64,000 nt of DNA from Anaerolineae bacterium (GTDB lineage: Bacteria; Chloroflexota; Anaerolineae; Anaerolineales; Villigracilaceae). Made by a program: the position numbers and the translations under genes. Location of the stretch: the NCBI GenBank assembly GCA_003130845.1, contig QEXW01000025.1, positions 1,962 to 65,961 on the forward strand, read 5' to 3'. Of this stretch, positions 1 to 9,186 are shown piece after piece; the stretch's first letter is position 1; each line of letters starts with the position of its first letter. The notes beneath the pieces are model-generated. The model had not been told where the DNA came from. It searched no databases and was given only the letters and a program-made list of their open reading frames with translations.

Positions 1-231
1 GCCGGACGTAAGGAGGCGGCACGGGGTGAGGGGGTGATCCGTGATTCGGCCGTGCACAAGCGTATTTTGCGCGAGGTGTTAGAGTTTGCGGTTGAAATGG
101 GATTGGGGGTGAGAGGCTTGGTCAAATCCCCGCTTTTGGGGCCAAAAGGGAATGTAGAGTTTTTGGCCTGGCTCGATTTGCGCTCCGAGCCAAGTGAAAT
201 CGAAATGCTGGTTAAGCAGGCGGTAGGCTAG
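1..231 (+). CDS. tlyA: TlyA-family rRNA (cytidine-2'-O)-methyltransferase, C-terminal end only (5' part outside window)
   Basis: Frame is open from base 1. The stretch GVIRDSAVHKRIL...SPLLGPKGNVEFLAWL is the conserved C-terminal segment of TlyA/FtsJ-type methyltransferases. Confidence 0.7.
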   Translation, partial: AGRKEAARGEGVIRDSAVHKRILREVLEFAVEMGLGVRGLVKSPLLGPKGNVEFLAWLDLRSEPSEIEMLVKQAVG

Positions 232-1190
232 GAGGCAGGGGTTTCATCTGCTAATACTGGCTTGCGTGATTCTGCTAGGATGTCATCTATGCTCATGGGT
301 TCGCCGGCTCGTGTGGGATGGTAGTGGACATGTACCCGTCGAACGTTTGCTAACTCTTTGCAAACCAGCGCTTCGACCTGATGTGCAATGCGGTTGCCTT
401 CGTCTACGCTGATTTTTCCATCTACGCCAATGGTTAGGTTGATGACAATATGCGGACCAAAGCGATGGGCTTGCATTTCTTCCAATTGTTGCACGCCAGG
501 GACATCTTGAAGCAAACGACAGGTCTGTTCGGTTAGCTCGCGACTGGGAACAGCATCCATTAAATCAACGGACGATTCACGCAGAATGTAGATGCCTGTG
601 CGCAGGATGAGTAAGGCGACGAGCGCACCTGCCATTGGGTCAACCCAGGGCAGGCCACGCTGACCAAGGAAGATGCCCAACGAGGCAGCAGAGGCCGAAA
701 AGAAGTCGTTGCGATGGTCATAGGCTAAGGCTTCGACCACCGGGTTTTGGGTTTCGCGGCCTAGTTTGCGGATGTAAAAGGTTAGGAAGAGCTTGATACC
801 GACTGTGAGTAAGGCTATCCAGAGCGCGATGGTCAGCGCACCTTCGGAATCGCTATTCCCACTGAACAGGTCCCAGGCTTTATCAATTGAGCCCCAAAAT
901 ACGGCAACGGCTGTAGTGACAATGAAGGAGCCAACCACCAGCGCGGCTATGCTTTCTAATTGGCGATGTCCGTAGGGGTGTTCGTCGTCGGCGGGTTTGT
1001 TGGCTAAGCGAACAAAAATGCTGGCGACGACATAGTAGGCGACATCGGAGGTGGAGTTGATGCCTTCGGCCAGTAAGGCGGGGCTGTGACCAATCACCCC
1101 AAAGATGGTTTTTAGGGCGGCCAAACCGATGTTGACCGCTAGTCCTATATTGACTGCTAACAGACTTTTCTGGTCACGCTCATGAGCCAT
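228..1190 (-). CDS. cation diffusion facilitator (CDF) family metal efflux transporter
   Basis: 320-aa ORF with N-terminal hydrophobic helices, a DDEHPYGHRQLE motif and a C-terminal cytoplasmic domain (HRFGPHIVINLTIGVD), as in CzcD/FieF-type exporters. Confidence 0.85.
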   Translation of the reverse strand: MAHERDQKSLLAVNIGLAVNIGLAALKTIFGVIGHSPALLAEGINSTSDVAYYVVASIFVRLANKPADDEHPYGHRQLESIAALVVGSFIVTTAVAVFWGSIDKAWDLFSGNSDSEGALTIALWIALLTVGIKLFLTFYIRKLGRETQNPVVEALAYDHRNDFFSASAASLGIFLGQRGLPWVDPMAGALVALLILRTGIYILRESSVDLMDAVPSRELTEQTCRLLQDVPGVQQLEEMQAHRFGPHIVINLTIGVDGKISVDEGNRIAHQVEALVCKELANVRRVHVHYHPTRAGEPMSIDDILAESRKPVLADETPAS

Positions 1191-1196
1191 TTTGTG

Positions 1197-1202
1197 ATTT
1201 TA
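1197..1202 (-). promoter_or_regulatory. -10 box TAAAAT placed 6 nt upstream of the CDF start codon (leaderless-mRNA geometry)
   Basis: Minus strand reads TAAAAT-CACAAA-ATG. There is no Shine-Dalgarno. The same spacing recurs at five other starts in the window. Confidence 0.4.
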
Positions 1203-1227
1203 ATCGCTTTTTGCTATACCTTGGGGT

Positions 1228-1338
1228 GGACAAAACTCATGTTTCTGGTGTGTTTGTCTGCATGTCGTTATCCCCCAAATTCGCCAGTTTGCGATAGGCG
1301 GGACAAAACTCATGTTTCTGGTGTGTTTGTCTGCATGT
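1228..1338. repeat. perfect 38-bp direct repeat (1228-1265 and 1301-1338, period 73 bp) in a divergent intergenic region
   Basis: GGACAAAACTCATGTTTCTGGTGTGTTTGTCTGCATGT occurs twice without mismatch. Flanking sequence is unrelated. Confidence 0.9.
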
Positions 1339-1372
1339 TTTTTGCGTGAGGCCGCAATGGCAGGGGAATGTT

Positions 1373-1400
1373 TTGTAAAGAAAGGCAGCGAAAGTATAAT
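1373..1400 (+). promoter_or_regulatory. sigma70-like promoter TTGTAA-N16-TATAAT for the zinc-ribbon gene
   Basis: Hexamers at 1373-1378 and 1395-1400. GGAG lies 6 nt before ATG 1429. Confidence 0.45.
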
Positions 1401-1428
1401 TGTCTCGCTGCATTTCATGGAGTTAAGT

Positions 1429-1848
1429 ATGTATTGCCCTCGTTGCCAGTCTGTCTTGACTAAAAAATACTATAAAGGGATGATGGAAGTGGATTATTGC
1501 CCAAGATGCAGGGGCATGTGGCTTGATTTTAACGAGCTTGACCGTTTGGAAGATGTGGTTTTTGACCAGGACCACTTCAAAGGTTCGCTGATTCACCGCG
1601 AAGCGCCGGTAGAAAATCGTTGTCCGGTTTGTGAAACGCCGATGCTGGAGTTTCAATATCGTTTGTATCACCTTAAGTTGGATGCCTGTTCTCATAAGCA
1701 CGGTTTTTGGCTCGATGCAGGTGAAGATGAGCATGTGCTAGAGGTGATGCGTAAGCGTAAAGGTGAAATTCACCGCAAAAGAGAGGCGGAAGCAGAGTGG
1801 AAAAAGGTGCTCAAGGGCTTGCACGAATTTTTTCGGCAGGGTATGTAG
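1429..1848 (+). CDS. TFIIB-type zinc-ribbon domain protein (two zf-TFIIB-like modules)
   Basis: CPRC...CPRC followed by GMWLDFNELD, then CPVC...C.H followed by GFWLDAGE. Start chosen at ATG 1429 because of the GGAG upstream. The longer ORF from 1312 covers the promoter. Confidence 0.7.
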   Translation: MYCPRCQSVLTKKYYKGMMEVDYCPRCRGMWLDFNELDRLEDVVFDQDHFKGSLIHREAPVENRCPVCETPMLEFQYRLYHLKLDACSHKHGFWLDAGEDEHVLEVMRKRKGEIHRKREAEAEWKKVLKGLHEFFRQGM

Positions 1849-1909
1849 TGGCCGTGGTTGGTGTCGGGTATAATCTTGTTGTGGCATAACCAGTCTGATG
1901 GAGGCAACG

Positions 1910-2824
1910 ATGGAGCAACATGCGTTTTTTGAGGGCAAAATTGTCCCGTTGAGCGAAGCAAAAGTCAGTATTGCGACGCATGGGTTGAATTATGGAACGG
2001 CAGCGTTTGGCGGGTTGCGGGCTTATTGGAATGCAGAGGAGGAAAAGTTATTTCTTTTCCGCCCGCAAGATCACTACCGCCGATTTTTGAATTCGACCAA
2101 AATTTTGTGTATGGAATTTGCGCACACTCCCGAAAGCCTGACCCAGCTCACCATTGAATTGCTCAAAGCCGATGGTTGGCAGCAGGATGTGTATATTCGC
2201 CCGCTGGCGTATAAAGCGGATGCCGGTATTGGTGTGCGCTTGCACGATTTGCGCGATGAAATTTCCATTTTTGCTTTGCCGTTTGGGGCGTATGGCAAGA
2301 ATGAGGACAATGCGCATGTGACGATTTCTTCTTGGCGGCGGGTGGATGATAACATCATCCCGGCGCGCGGCAAAATCAGCGGTGCGTATGCTAATTCGGC
2401 GCTCATCAAAACGGATGCCATACGGGCCGGTTTCGACGAGGCGCTGGTTCTTGACCAGAATGGCCATATCTCCGAGGGTACGGCAATGAACGTCTTTTTG
2501 GTGCGTGATGGGGTGTTGATTACCCCGCCGGTGTGGGATAATATCTTGGAAGGGATTACCCGCCGTTCGGTGATTGAGCTGGCTCGCAATGAACTAGGTC
2601 TGGATGTGGTAGAACGTTCTGTGGACCGCACAGAGGCTTTTTTGTGTGATGAATTGTTCTTGACCGGCACTGCTGCGCAGATTACCGTAGTGACCAAGGT
2701 GGACTACCGACCGGTAGGAAGCGGCCAAATGGGGCCGATTACAGCCCAACTGCGCGCTTTGTTCAATGATGTGGTGCGCGGACGAAACCCCAAATACCGC
2801 CACTGGAATGTGGCTGTGGAATAA
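1910..2824 (+). CDS. ilvE: branched-chain amino acid aminotransferase (class IV PLP enzyme)
   Basis: FEGKIVPLSEAKVSIATHGLNYGTAAFGGLRAY, ...ARGKISGAYANS..., ...GITRRSVIEL... are typical of IlvE. GGAGG lies 5 nt before ATG 1910. An alternative ATG is at 1898. Confidence 0.85.
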   Translation: MEQHAFFEGKIVPLSEAKVSIATHGLNYGTAAFGGLRAYWNAEEEKLFLFRPQDHYRRFLNSTKILCMEFAHTPESLTQLTIELLKADGWQQDVYIRPLAYKADAGIGVRLHDLRDEISIFALPFGAYGKNEDNAHVTISSWRRVDDNIIPARGKISGAYANSALIKTDAIRAGFDEALVLDQNGHISEGTAMNVFLVRDGVLITPPVWDNILEGITRRSVIELARNELGLDVVERSVDRTEAFLCDELFLTGTAAQITVVTKVDYRPVGSGQMGPITAQLRALFNDVVRGRNPKYRHWNVAVE

Positions 2825-2871
2825 AAAACACGCCCCGCAAGAGCGTTTCTGCGGGGCGTGTGTGCTTTTTT
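2823..2871. terminator. bidirectional rho-independent terminator between convergent genes
   Basis: An A-run, then stem ACACGCCCCGC / GCGGGGCGTGT (2828-2838 / 2851-2861), then a T-run. Confidence 0.8.
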
Positions 2872-2873
2872 GT

Positions 2874-3650
2874 TTATTTTTGTGTAAAGCGTACGTAAAT
2901 CAGGTTGCGGTTGCAGTCGGCATAGGTGGTTAGGTAAATTTGCTCCGACATGGGGGCGCTGGCCTGGTCGAAGAGTTGTATCCACAACGTATTTTTGGAA
3001 GCCACCGGTGCCAGGCCCAAATCGAACTCGAACCCACTTTGTCCATAGGCCAGGTTTAAGCCGGTCATGGTCAGTTCGTTGAAGGATTTGCCGGGCAAAC
3101 TCCCACCGAGTTTGACGATTAGCCCCATGGCGGGATTATTTTTGTTATCCAGCGCCTGACCGGCAATGTAGAGTCGGTCACAGGTTGAGTCGGCGCGATA
3201 GACGGTGCTGGCGACAGCATTAACGGTCACGACATACGGGGCGCCGGTGGGTTTGGGGGTGCGGGTGGGTGAAACGACCGGGGTCGCGGTTGGCGGTTTG
3301 GTGGGGGTGACTAGTTTGAACGGGGTGAAGGTTGGTTCGAGGGTGATGGTAGGCCGGGGGGTATTGGTGGCTGTGGGCGGCAGGGTTGGTTCGGGCGTCC
3401 AGGTTGGGTCAAAACGGATGGGGGTGACGGTGGGTGTTAGGCTGGGCGGAATCGGTGTGGGAGGCTGCAACGGATTGATGGCCGAGTAGGGATTGGTGAA
3501 AATGTTAAAAAACACGATACAAAGGCACACGGTCATCAACAGCATCACGCCGGTCAGAACGTTCCAGAGTGCATCGCGGTTGTTCTTTTTCTTTTTGACC
3601 GGCTTGGCAGAGCGTGGCGTATCGTTGAGGAAATCGTCGTAGTTGGTCAT
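2874..3650 (-). CDS. membrane-anchored hypothetical protein with Pro/Thr-rich linker
   Basis: Basic N-terminus, one TM (LTGVMLLMTVCLCIVFFNIF), about 100 aa of P/T-rich linker, and a C-terminal globular domain of unknown family. Confidence 0.5.
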   Translation of the reverse strand: MTNYDDFLNDTPRSAKPVKKKKNNRDALWNVLTGVMLLMTVCLCIVFFNIFTNPYSAINPLQPPTPIPPSLTPTVTPIRFDPTWTPEPTLPPTATNTPRPTITLEPTFTPFKLVTPTKPPTATPVVSPTRTPKPTGAPYVVTVNAVASTVYRADSTCDRLYIAGQALDNKNNPAMGLIVKLGGSLPGKSFNELTMTGLNLAYGQSGFEFDLGLAPVASKNTLWIQLFDQASAPMSEQIYLTTYADCNRNLIYVRFTQK

Positions 3651-3674
3651 GTATCTATCTCCACAAGGCGTGTG

Positions 3675-4574
3675 TTATTGTACGAACACGTCAATCACGC
3701 TTTGCTGGCGGCGTTGGGCCAACCAGTCGAGTAAGGCGCGCTGTTGCAGGGCAAGCAGGGCATCGGGGCTGAGCGGGCGCTCTTCCTGCACTTCCAGCAG
3801 TTTGAGGATGTGGTAACCGGCTTCACTCTGAACAATTGCGCTTATGCCGCCTACTTCCAGGCTGAAAGCGGCTTCTTCCACTTCTTTGCTCGGTAGATAG
3901 TTGCGTGGAAACCAACCAATGTCACCGCCGGTAATGGGGTCTACTCGTGCGGCGAGTTCATCGAAATCGGCCCCGGCCTGCAATTGACGGTAGTAGTTTT
4001 GAGCGACGGTTTCATTATAGAGCAAAATTTGGCGGATGTGTACCTGCCGGGCAGTTTGGGGGATAGACGAAATGATTTTGTCACGCATCCAAGCGGCTGC
4101 GATAGCGCGTTTTAGGGCTGTGCGCAACGTATCGTCCGTGTATCCCTGGGCTTGCATCCAGGCACGCAAGAATTCGATGCCACCGAGATGATTGGCTAGG
4201 GCTGCTAGGCGTGCTTGTAAGGCAGCCTCGTCGAGTGTGAAGCCGGCTTCGGCAGCGCCCTGGGCCAATAGCACTTGAGAAACCAGGTCATCAAGCACGA
4301 TGCGGCGCGCTGCTTGTTCGTCTATTGGATTGCCGAGCGCGGCTTGTGCAGCCTGGTAGCGGTTAAGTTCTGCCAGAAACTCGTCGAGCAAAATCGGCTC
4401 TCCATTGACTCGAGCCGCCAATGGTAAGGGAGTTTGTGTAGGGGGTGGTACGGTTTCTGTTGGTAGTGCCAGGGTAGGGGAAATCTCTGGGGTGCTGCTT
4501 GGCGCAGAACAGGCAGAAAGTGCCAAAAATAAGAGGGCCAGTAGGCCGTGTTTGTGAACGTGTGAACCGAACAT
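3675..4574 (-). CDS. parvulin-type peptidyl-prolyl isomerase lipoprotein (SurA/PrsA-like)
   Basis: Lipobox LALSAC. The C-terminal rotamase segment GGDIGWFPRNYLPSKEVEEAAFSLEVGGISAIVQSEAGYHILKLLE is parvulin-like. Confidence 0.8.
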   Translation of the reverse strand: MFGSHVHKHGLLALLFLALSACSAPSSTPEISPTLALPTETVPPPTQTPLPLAARVNGEPILLDEFLAELNRYQAAQAALGNPIDEQAARRIVLDDLVSQVLLAQGAAEAGFTLDEAALQARLAALANHLGGIEFLRAWMQAQGYTDDTLRTALKRAIAAAWMRDKIISSIPQTARQVHIRQILLYNETVAQNYYRQLQAGADFDELAARVDPITGGDIGWFPRNYLPSKEVEEAAFSLEVGGISAIVQSEAGYHILKLLEVQEERPLSPDALLALQQRALLDWLAQRRQQSVIDVFVQ

Positions 4575-4619
4575 CGCGCCGATTATACCGGAAAAGTGGT
4601 GTCGCCCGGCCCCTGCTTC

Positions 4620-6293
4620 TCACTCGCCAGGGTCATTGGGCAAGGCAAACAAGGCACGCCAGTGACCAGGTTGTGTTTCCTGTAGCACAGAATGCAGGGT
4701 CATCAGGCTGAGCCAGGTTCGGCCGGGTTTGAGCGGAAAGGGTTGACGGTTCTGGCCGATGAAGTGTAGCGGGCGGAGCAAGCCGGTTTGTTGTTCCCAA
4801 GCACGGTTGGTGGTGCTCCAGCGGATTTTGTACATTTGTCCATCGCGAAATAAATACGCCCAGCCTTCCAGACCACAACATAAATCTATGTCATATTGCA
4901 GGTGACGATAGACTTGGTAATCGGCCAATACTACAATGATGTTTTCGAACGATAGTTGGCGTCCGGTCAAACGCTCGGTGTCAGGATGGAACACTCCTTT
5001 GCCGTCGGCATCATCGGTGAAGCGCAAGTAACTCCCTGAGAGCGGGTCAAAGACCCATTGTGATTGGGCGTATGCGTGGTAGTACACCCACAGGGTATTG
5101 GCCGGCTGTCCGTTTTCCGGTATAGCGAAATCGAAGCGGTTGCCTGAGTAATTGATTGGTTGACCAGGCTGTTTGCTGCGTTCGGCCAACGTGCGCATTC
5201 GGGATATATCTAGCAGTGCGGTGTTGGGGCTGATTTCGGGGTGTTCTCCGTAGATGATTTCGCAAATTTGTAACTGCGGCAGGATGTCGGTGCCGGCGCT
5301 AGCGAAGACCAAGCAGCTGAACGGGAACATCTGCCGAAAATCTTCGTAAGTTAACCGTCCGGAGCGGATGGGGCCAACGTAGGTGCGGTCAGGTGCAATG
5401 TCGTTGGGGTGCGGCGAAGGAAGCACGGTGAGGGGTTGTTTAAGCACCAAGCCGACATCCAGGTTAGGATTGGTTTGCGCGTGGTAGGTGAAACGGATGG
5501 TTGCCGTTTGAGGGTCGGCATCACTATCTGTTTCTTCTGCGCCCAGGTGAGCCGGGGCGAGGAGGTAGTGACTTGGGATGTCGAATTTCAATGTGTAATG
5601 GGTTGGGGAGGCAGCGTGTTGTAGATGTTGTGAAAACGAGAAGGCATAATAGCCATTCGAGTCGGTGCTGGTGCGTGCCAGTAGGTTCTCTTGAGAGTCG
5701 AGCAGCGCAATGCATATCCCACCAATCCCCACCTCCCAGGCGTTTTGTGTGCCATCGGCATTTTCATCAAGCCAGATTCGGTTTCCTATCCAAGGAGAGT
5801 CTGTTGATTGGAAGATTTGTTGGTTGATGGCGCAATGTCCGGTCAGGTTGGGGATGCGGCGAGGGTATTCTCCGTAGAAGACGCCCATGAAGCGGGTGGT
5901 GCCGGTGCCGATAAAGAGTTCAAATATCCAGGGGGCGAAGCCGGTGCCGGCTTGGGGACGGGCGGTGACCGGTAGGTTGCTGATGGAGACCAAGACGGCG
6001 GGCAGGTCGAGCAGGGATGGGTCGAGAACGGGTAAGCCGGTGAGCGGATTGGTGCCGGGGGCAAAATCCTGTGCTTCGGGGCCGGAGGCAAGCAAGGTTT
6101 GATGTGGTTGCAAGGTGGGGGTGGTCGTTGCCGTTGGGGAGGGGGTGAGCGTAGCCGGTGGTACGGTGAATGTAGATGTAACCAGAGCCGGTGGGTGTGG
6201 GCTTTTTTCTGTGGAAGGGGTAGCGAGAGCGGAGCACCCCATTAGCAGCGTGAACAGTAACGGAAAAAAGGCCGTTCTCAAGCACAAAGCCAT
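4620..6293 (-). CDS. DUF3048 (YerB-like) lipoprotein with inserted SdrD-B/Cna-B-like domain
   Basis: Lipobox LLMGCS. NPLTGLPV...NLPVTARPQAGTGFAPWIFEL...TTRFMGVFY resembles the DUF3048 N-domain. IWLDENADGTQNAWEVGIGGICIALLD...TDSNGYYAF is an SdrD B-repeat-like motif. Confidence 0.65.
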   Translation of the reverse strand: MALCLRTAFFPLLFTLLMGCSALATPSTEKSPHPPALVTSTFTVPPATLTPSPTATTTPTLQPHQTLLASGPEAQDFAPGTNPLTGLPVLDPSLLDLPAVLVSISNLPVTARPQAGTGFAPWIFELFIGTGTTRFMGVFYGEYPRRIPNLTGHCAINQQIFQSTDSPWIGNRIWLDENADGTQNAWEVGIGGICIALLDSQENLLARTSTDSNGYYAFSFSQHLQHAASPTHYTLKFDIPSHYLLAPAHLGAEETDSDADPQTATIRFTYHAQTNPNLDVGLVLKQPLTVLPSPHPNDIAPDRTYVGPIRSGRLTYEDFRQMFPFSCLVFASAGTDILPQLQICEIIYGEHPEISPNTALLDISRMRTLAERSKQPGQPINYSGNRFDFAIPENGQPANTLWVYYHAYAQSQWVFDPLSGSYLRFTDDADGKGVFHPDTERLTGRQLSFENIIVVLADYQVYRHLQYDIDLCCGLEGWAYLFRDGQMYKIRWSTTNRAWEQQTGLLRPLHFIGQNRQPFPLKPGRTWLSLMTLHSVLQETQPGHWRALFALPNDPGE

Positions 6294-6324
6294 GTTTCAA
6301 AAACAGATGGTGTGTAAAAAGCGG

Positions 6325-6813
6325 TTATTCACCTGTTGCGAGAGCGTGTTTTACCCGCCGGTAGGTTTCCTCCAGCGCTTCGGGTAAGACGCGCACTTCA
6401 CCGACGGTGGACATGAAATTGGTATCGCCGTTCCAACGCGGGACGATGTGGATGTGCACATGCCCTGGCACGCCGGCGCCGGCGGCTGTACCGATATTGA
6501 TGCCGACGTTAAAACCTTGTGGCCGATAGACTTGCTTGAGGGCCGTGATGCACTCCGAGACGAGCTCCATCATTTCGGCGCGCTCTGCCGGTTGTAGCAG
6601 CTCGAGCGAAGCCTGGTGCGCAAGCGGTGCTACCATGAGATGTCCGCTGGTGTAGGGGTATTTGTTGAGGATGATGAAAGCGCGTTCTCCCCGCCGGACG
6701 ACCAGGTTTTGGGCATCGTCGGGTTTGGCGAGGGCGTTGCAGAAGATGCAGCCGGTTTCTTTATCTGCATTTGTGATGTATTTCATGCGCCAGGCGGCCC
6801 ATAGACGTTTCAT
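6325..6813 (-). CDS. HIT family hydrolase/nucleotidyl phosphorylase (Ap4A phosphorylase-like)
   Basis: Histidine triad GHVHIHIVPRW, and an upstream CIFC...NKYPYTSGHLMV. Confidence 0.8.
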   Translation of the reverse strand: MKRLWAAWRMKYITNADKETGCIFCNALAKPDDAQNLVVRRGERAFIILNKYPYTSGHLMVAPLAHQASLELLQPAERAEMMELVSECITALKQVYRPQGFNVGINIGTAAGAGVPGHVHIHIVPRWNGDTNFMSTVGEVRVLPEALEETYRRVKHALATGE

Positions 6814-6864
6814 GAGAGTGCATCCTTTCTTCGCTTGGAATTTTACCCTGACTGTGAGAATCGG

Positions 6865-6893
6865 TTGACACCTGAATGTATTGCGGGTATTCT
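6865..6893 (+). promoter_or_regulatory. sigma70-like promoter TTGACA-N17-TATTCT upstream of xseA
   Basis: Hexamers at 6865-6870 and 6888-6893, about 20 nt before ATG 6913. Confidence 0.45.
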
Positions 6894-6912
6894 ATCCGCA
6901 GGAAGCGAGCCG

Positions 6913-8142
6913 ATGAATCAGATTCCGCTTTTTGATACTCCTCGTCTGACCGTGACCGAGTTCACGCGCCGTGTGCGCCGCTTGTTGGAAGGGGATAAGG
7001 CCTTACAAGATGTGTGGGTGCAGGGAGAAATTTCCAATCTGTCGCGGCCGTCTTCGGGGCATGTGTATTTTACGCTCAAAGATGCGGGCGCTGCGTTGCG
7101 CTGTGTGATGTGGAGGGGGGATGCACTGCGCTTAGGCAGTTTGTCACTTCGCGATGGGCTTTCGGTGGAAGCACACGGTAAAGTGACGGTCTATGAACCC
7201 AGCGGTCAATATCAACTGATTGTGGATGTTTTGCGCCTGGCGGGTGAGGGCGCATTGTATGCTGAATTTTTGCGCCTAAAGGCGGTGTTGGAGGCCGAAG
7301 GGCTGTTTGACCCAAGCCGTAAGCGACCTATTCCGCAGTTGCCGCATAAAATTGGAATTGTGACTTCGCCCAGCGGCGCGGCACTGCGCGATATGCTGAA
7401 CGTCTTGCGTCGGCGCTTGCCATTGGCCGAGGTGATGCTGGCGCCCTCGCTCGTCCAAGGAGAAGAAGCCCCTGTGGCGTTGGTGGCGGCTTTGCAGCGT
7501 CTGAACGCGGTCTTTGCGCCAGATGTGATTCTGCTGGCGCGCGGGGGTGGGTCTATTGAGGACTTGTGGGCCTTCAACGATGAACGGGTTGTTCGCGCGG
7601 TGGCTTGTTCGACAGCGCCGGTGATTAGCGGGGTTGGACACGAAACGGATTTTACGCTGGTGGATTTTGCCGCTGATTTGCGCGCCCCTACCCCAACGGC
7701 TGCCGCAGAGTTGGCAACCCCCATTACGGTGGAGGACCTATCGGCTGCGCTGGCTACAGCGCAGCGACGGTTAGATGAGTTGCTGAGCCGGCAAGTTGAG
7801 GAGCGAAGGCAAACCCTAAAAGCGGTACAAACTACGCTTCGATTTTATGCGCCGGCCCGCCGGATGATGACCGAACAACAACGCGTGGATGACCTGTTAC
7901 GCCGCATGGCACGCAGTTTGGAAGGGCGACTGGCGCTTGAGAGCGCTCAATTAACTGGTTGGCAGGAGCGGTTGCAGGCGCTCAACCCGCTGGCGGTTTT
8001 GAGGCGCGGTTATGCCGTCGTTAGCCGACTGCAAGATGGCAAGGTTATTTTGCGGGGGCAGGATGTTCTGCCGGGGGATAACTTATATGTGCGTTTGCAC
8101 CAGGGAGAGTTGCAGGTAGAGGTCATCCGCACAGCCGAATGA
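6913..8142 (+). CDS. xseA: exodeoxyribonuclease VII large subunit
   Basis: LTVTEFTRRVRRLLE...VWVQGEISN...SGHVYFTLKD (OB fold), then GIVTSPSGAALRD and ARGGGSIEDLWAFN. Followed by xseB. Confidence 0.9.
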   Translation: MNQIPLFDTPRLTVTEFTRRVRRLLEGDKALQDVWVQGEISNLSRPSSGHVYFTLKDAGAALRCVMWRGDALRLGSLSLRDGLSVEAHGKVTVYEPSGQYQLIVDVLRLAGEGALYAEFLRLKAVLEAEGLFDPSRKRPIPQLPHKIGIVTSPSGAALRDMLNVLRRRLPLAEVMLAPSLVQGEEAPVALVAALQRLNAVFAPDVILLARGGGSIEDLWAFNDERVVRAVACSTAPVISGVGHETDFTLVDFAADLRAPTPTAAAELATPITVEDLSAALATAQRRLDELLSRQVEERRQTLKAVQTTLRFYAPARRMMTEQQRVDDLLRRMARSLEGRLALESAQLTGWQERLQALNPLAVLRRGYAVVSRLQDGKVILRGQDVLPGDNLYVRLHQGELQVEVIRTAE

Positions 8143-8179
8143 ATTTTTTACGTGCTATTATTGACATGGGAGAGACGAC

Positions 8180-8389
8180 ATGAGCAACCTTAAGCCTGTA
8201 GAAGAAATGACTTACGAGGAAACCTTGGCTGAATTGCAAACAGTGGTAGCCGCTTTGGAGCAAGAAAGTCGCCCTTTGGATGAGACTATTGCTCTGTATG
8301 AGCGTGGTCAGGCTTTGGCACGCCATTGTGCCTTATTGTTGGAAAAAGCCGAGTTGCGTGTTCGGCAGTTGAACGGAGAGAATGTCTAG
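8180..8389 (+). CDS. xseB: exodeoxyribonuclease VII small subunit
   Basis: 69 aa. MTYEETLAELQTVVAALEQESRPLDETIALYERGQALARHC is typical XseB. Lies immediately downstream of xseA. Confidence 0.9.
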   Translation: MSNLKPVEEMTYEETLAELQTVVAALEQESRPLDETIALYERGQALARHCALLLEKAELRVRQLNGENV

Positions 8390-8401
8390 GGAGGCTGGCT
8401 G

Positions 8402-8851
8402 ATGTGGAATGAACTGATTACCAATCACGCGCTCTTGAGCGGGCTGGCGGCTTGGCTATTGGCGCAATTGCTTAAGCCACCGTTAGAATATCTGCGCAAA
8501 GGAATTTGGAATTGGGGGTATCTGCTCAGTGCAGGCGGTATGCCCAGTTCACATTCGGCTTTGATGGTTGGCACAACGGTAGGAATTGCGCTGCATGTCG
8601 GGTTTGATTCTCCGATATTTGCGATTGCGGTCGCTGCCACAATGATTGTGATTTATGATGCGGCTGGGGTACGGCGCGAGGCGGGCAGGCATGCGGAGAA
8701 AATCAATATTCTGATTGAGGAATTGCTTTCGGGACATCCTATTTCTGAAGAGGAATTGCGTGAAGTGCTTGGTCATACCCCCTTGGAAGTGACCGGCGGC
8801 GTTTTTTTGGGGATTGTGATTGGAATTTTATATTGGATGTATATTGGATAA
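8402..8851 (+). CDS. divergent PAP2 family membrane protein (DUF212)
   Basis: GGMPSSHSALMVG ... YDAAGVRREAGRHA ... GHTPLEV motifs of the acid phosphatase/vanadium haloperoxidase-related DUF212 family. Confidence 0.75.
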   Translation: MWNELITNHALLSGLAAWLLAQLLKPPLEYLRKGIWNWGYLLSAGGMPSSHSALMVGTTVGIALHVGFDSPIFAIAVAATMIVIYDAAGVRREAGRHAEKINILIEELLSGHPISEEELREVLGHTPLEVTGGVFLGIVIGILYWMYIG

Positions 8852-8928
8852 GGTGAATTGCGCCACACCGCTGCACCGGGCGTGGTGTGATTGAAACGAA
8901 CCCACTATTTTCTTTTCGGAGGTCAACA

Positions 8929-9174
8929 ATGGATGAACTGGTCAATCTGGTGGTTGAAAAAACCGGTTTGCCCAAAGAAACCGCCAAAACGGTGGTGACT
9001 TTGGTTCTTGATTTTCTCAAGAAGAAATTGCCTGCGCCTGTTGCCGCACAGGTAGAGACTGTCCTGAGTGGTAAAGGCATGACCGGAGCAGTGGCAAGTG
9101 CCCTCGATGACGGTAAATTGGATGCAAACGATGCCGCCAATTTACTCGGTGGTTTACTCGGTGGAAAGAAATAA
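8929..9174 (+). CDS. small hypothetical protein
   Basis: 82 aa. GGAGG lies upstream of ATG 8929. No family recognised. Confidence 0.45.
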   Translation: MDELVNLVVEKTGLPKETAKTVVTLVLDFLKKKLPAPVAAQVETVLSGKGMTGAVASALDDGKLDANDAANLLGGLLGGKK

Positions 9175-9186
9175 AGTCTATGCCAA

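Noticed and set aside
1-231. TlyA as a haemolysin/virulence factor.
   Set aside because: TlyA-family proteins are primarily rRNA 2'-O-methyltransferases. Only the last 76 codons are present and there is no virulence context.
3205-3489. A Gly/Val-rich 94-aa ORF on the plus strand.
   Set aside because: It is the mirror image of the Pro/Thr-rich linker of the minus-strand gene 2874-3650 and shows no independent signals.
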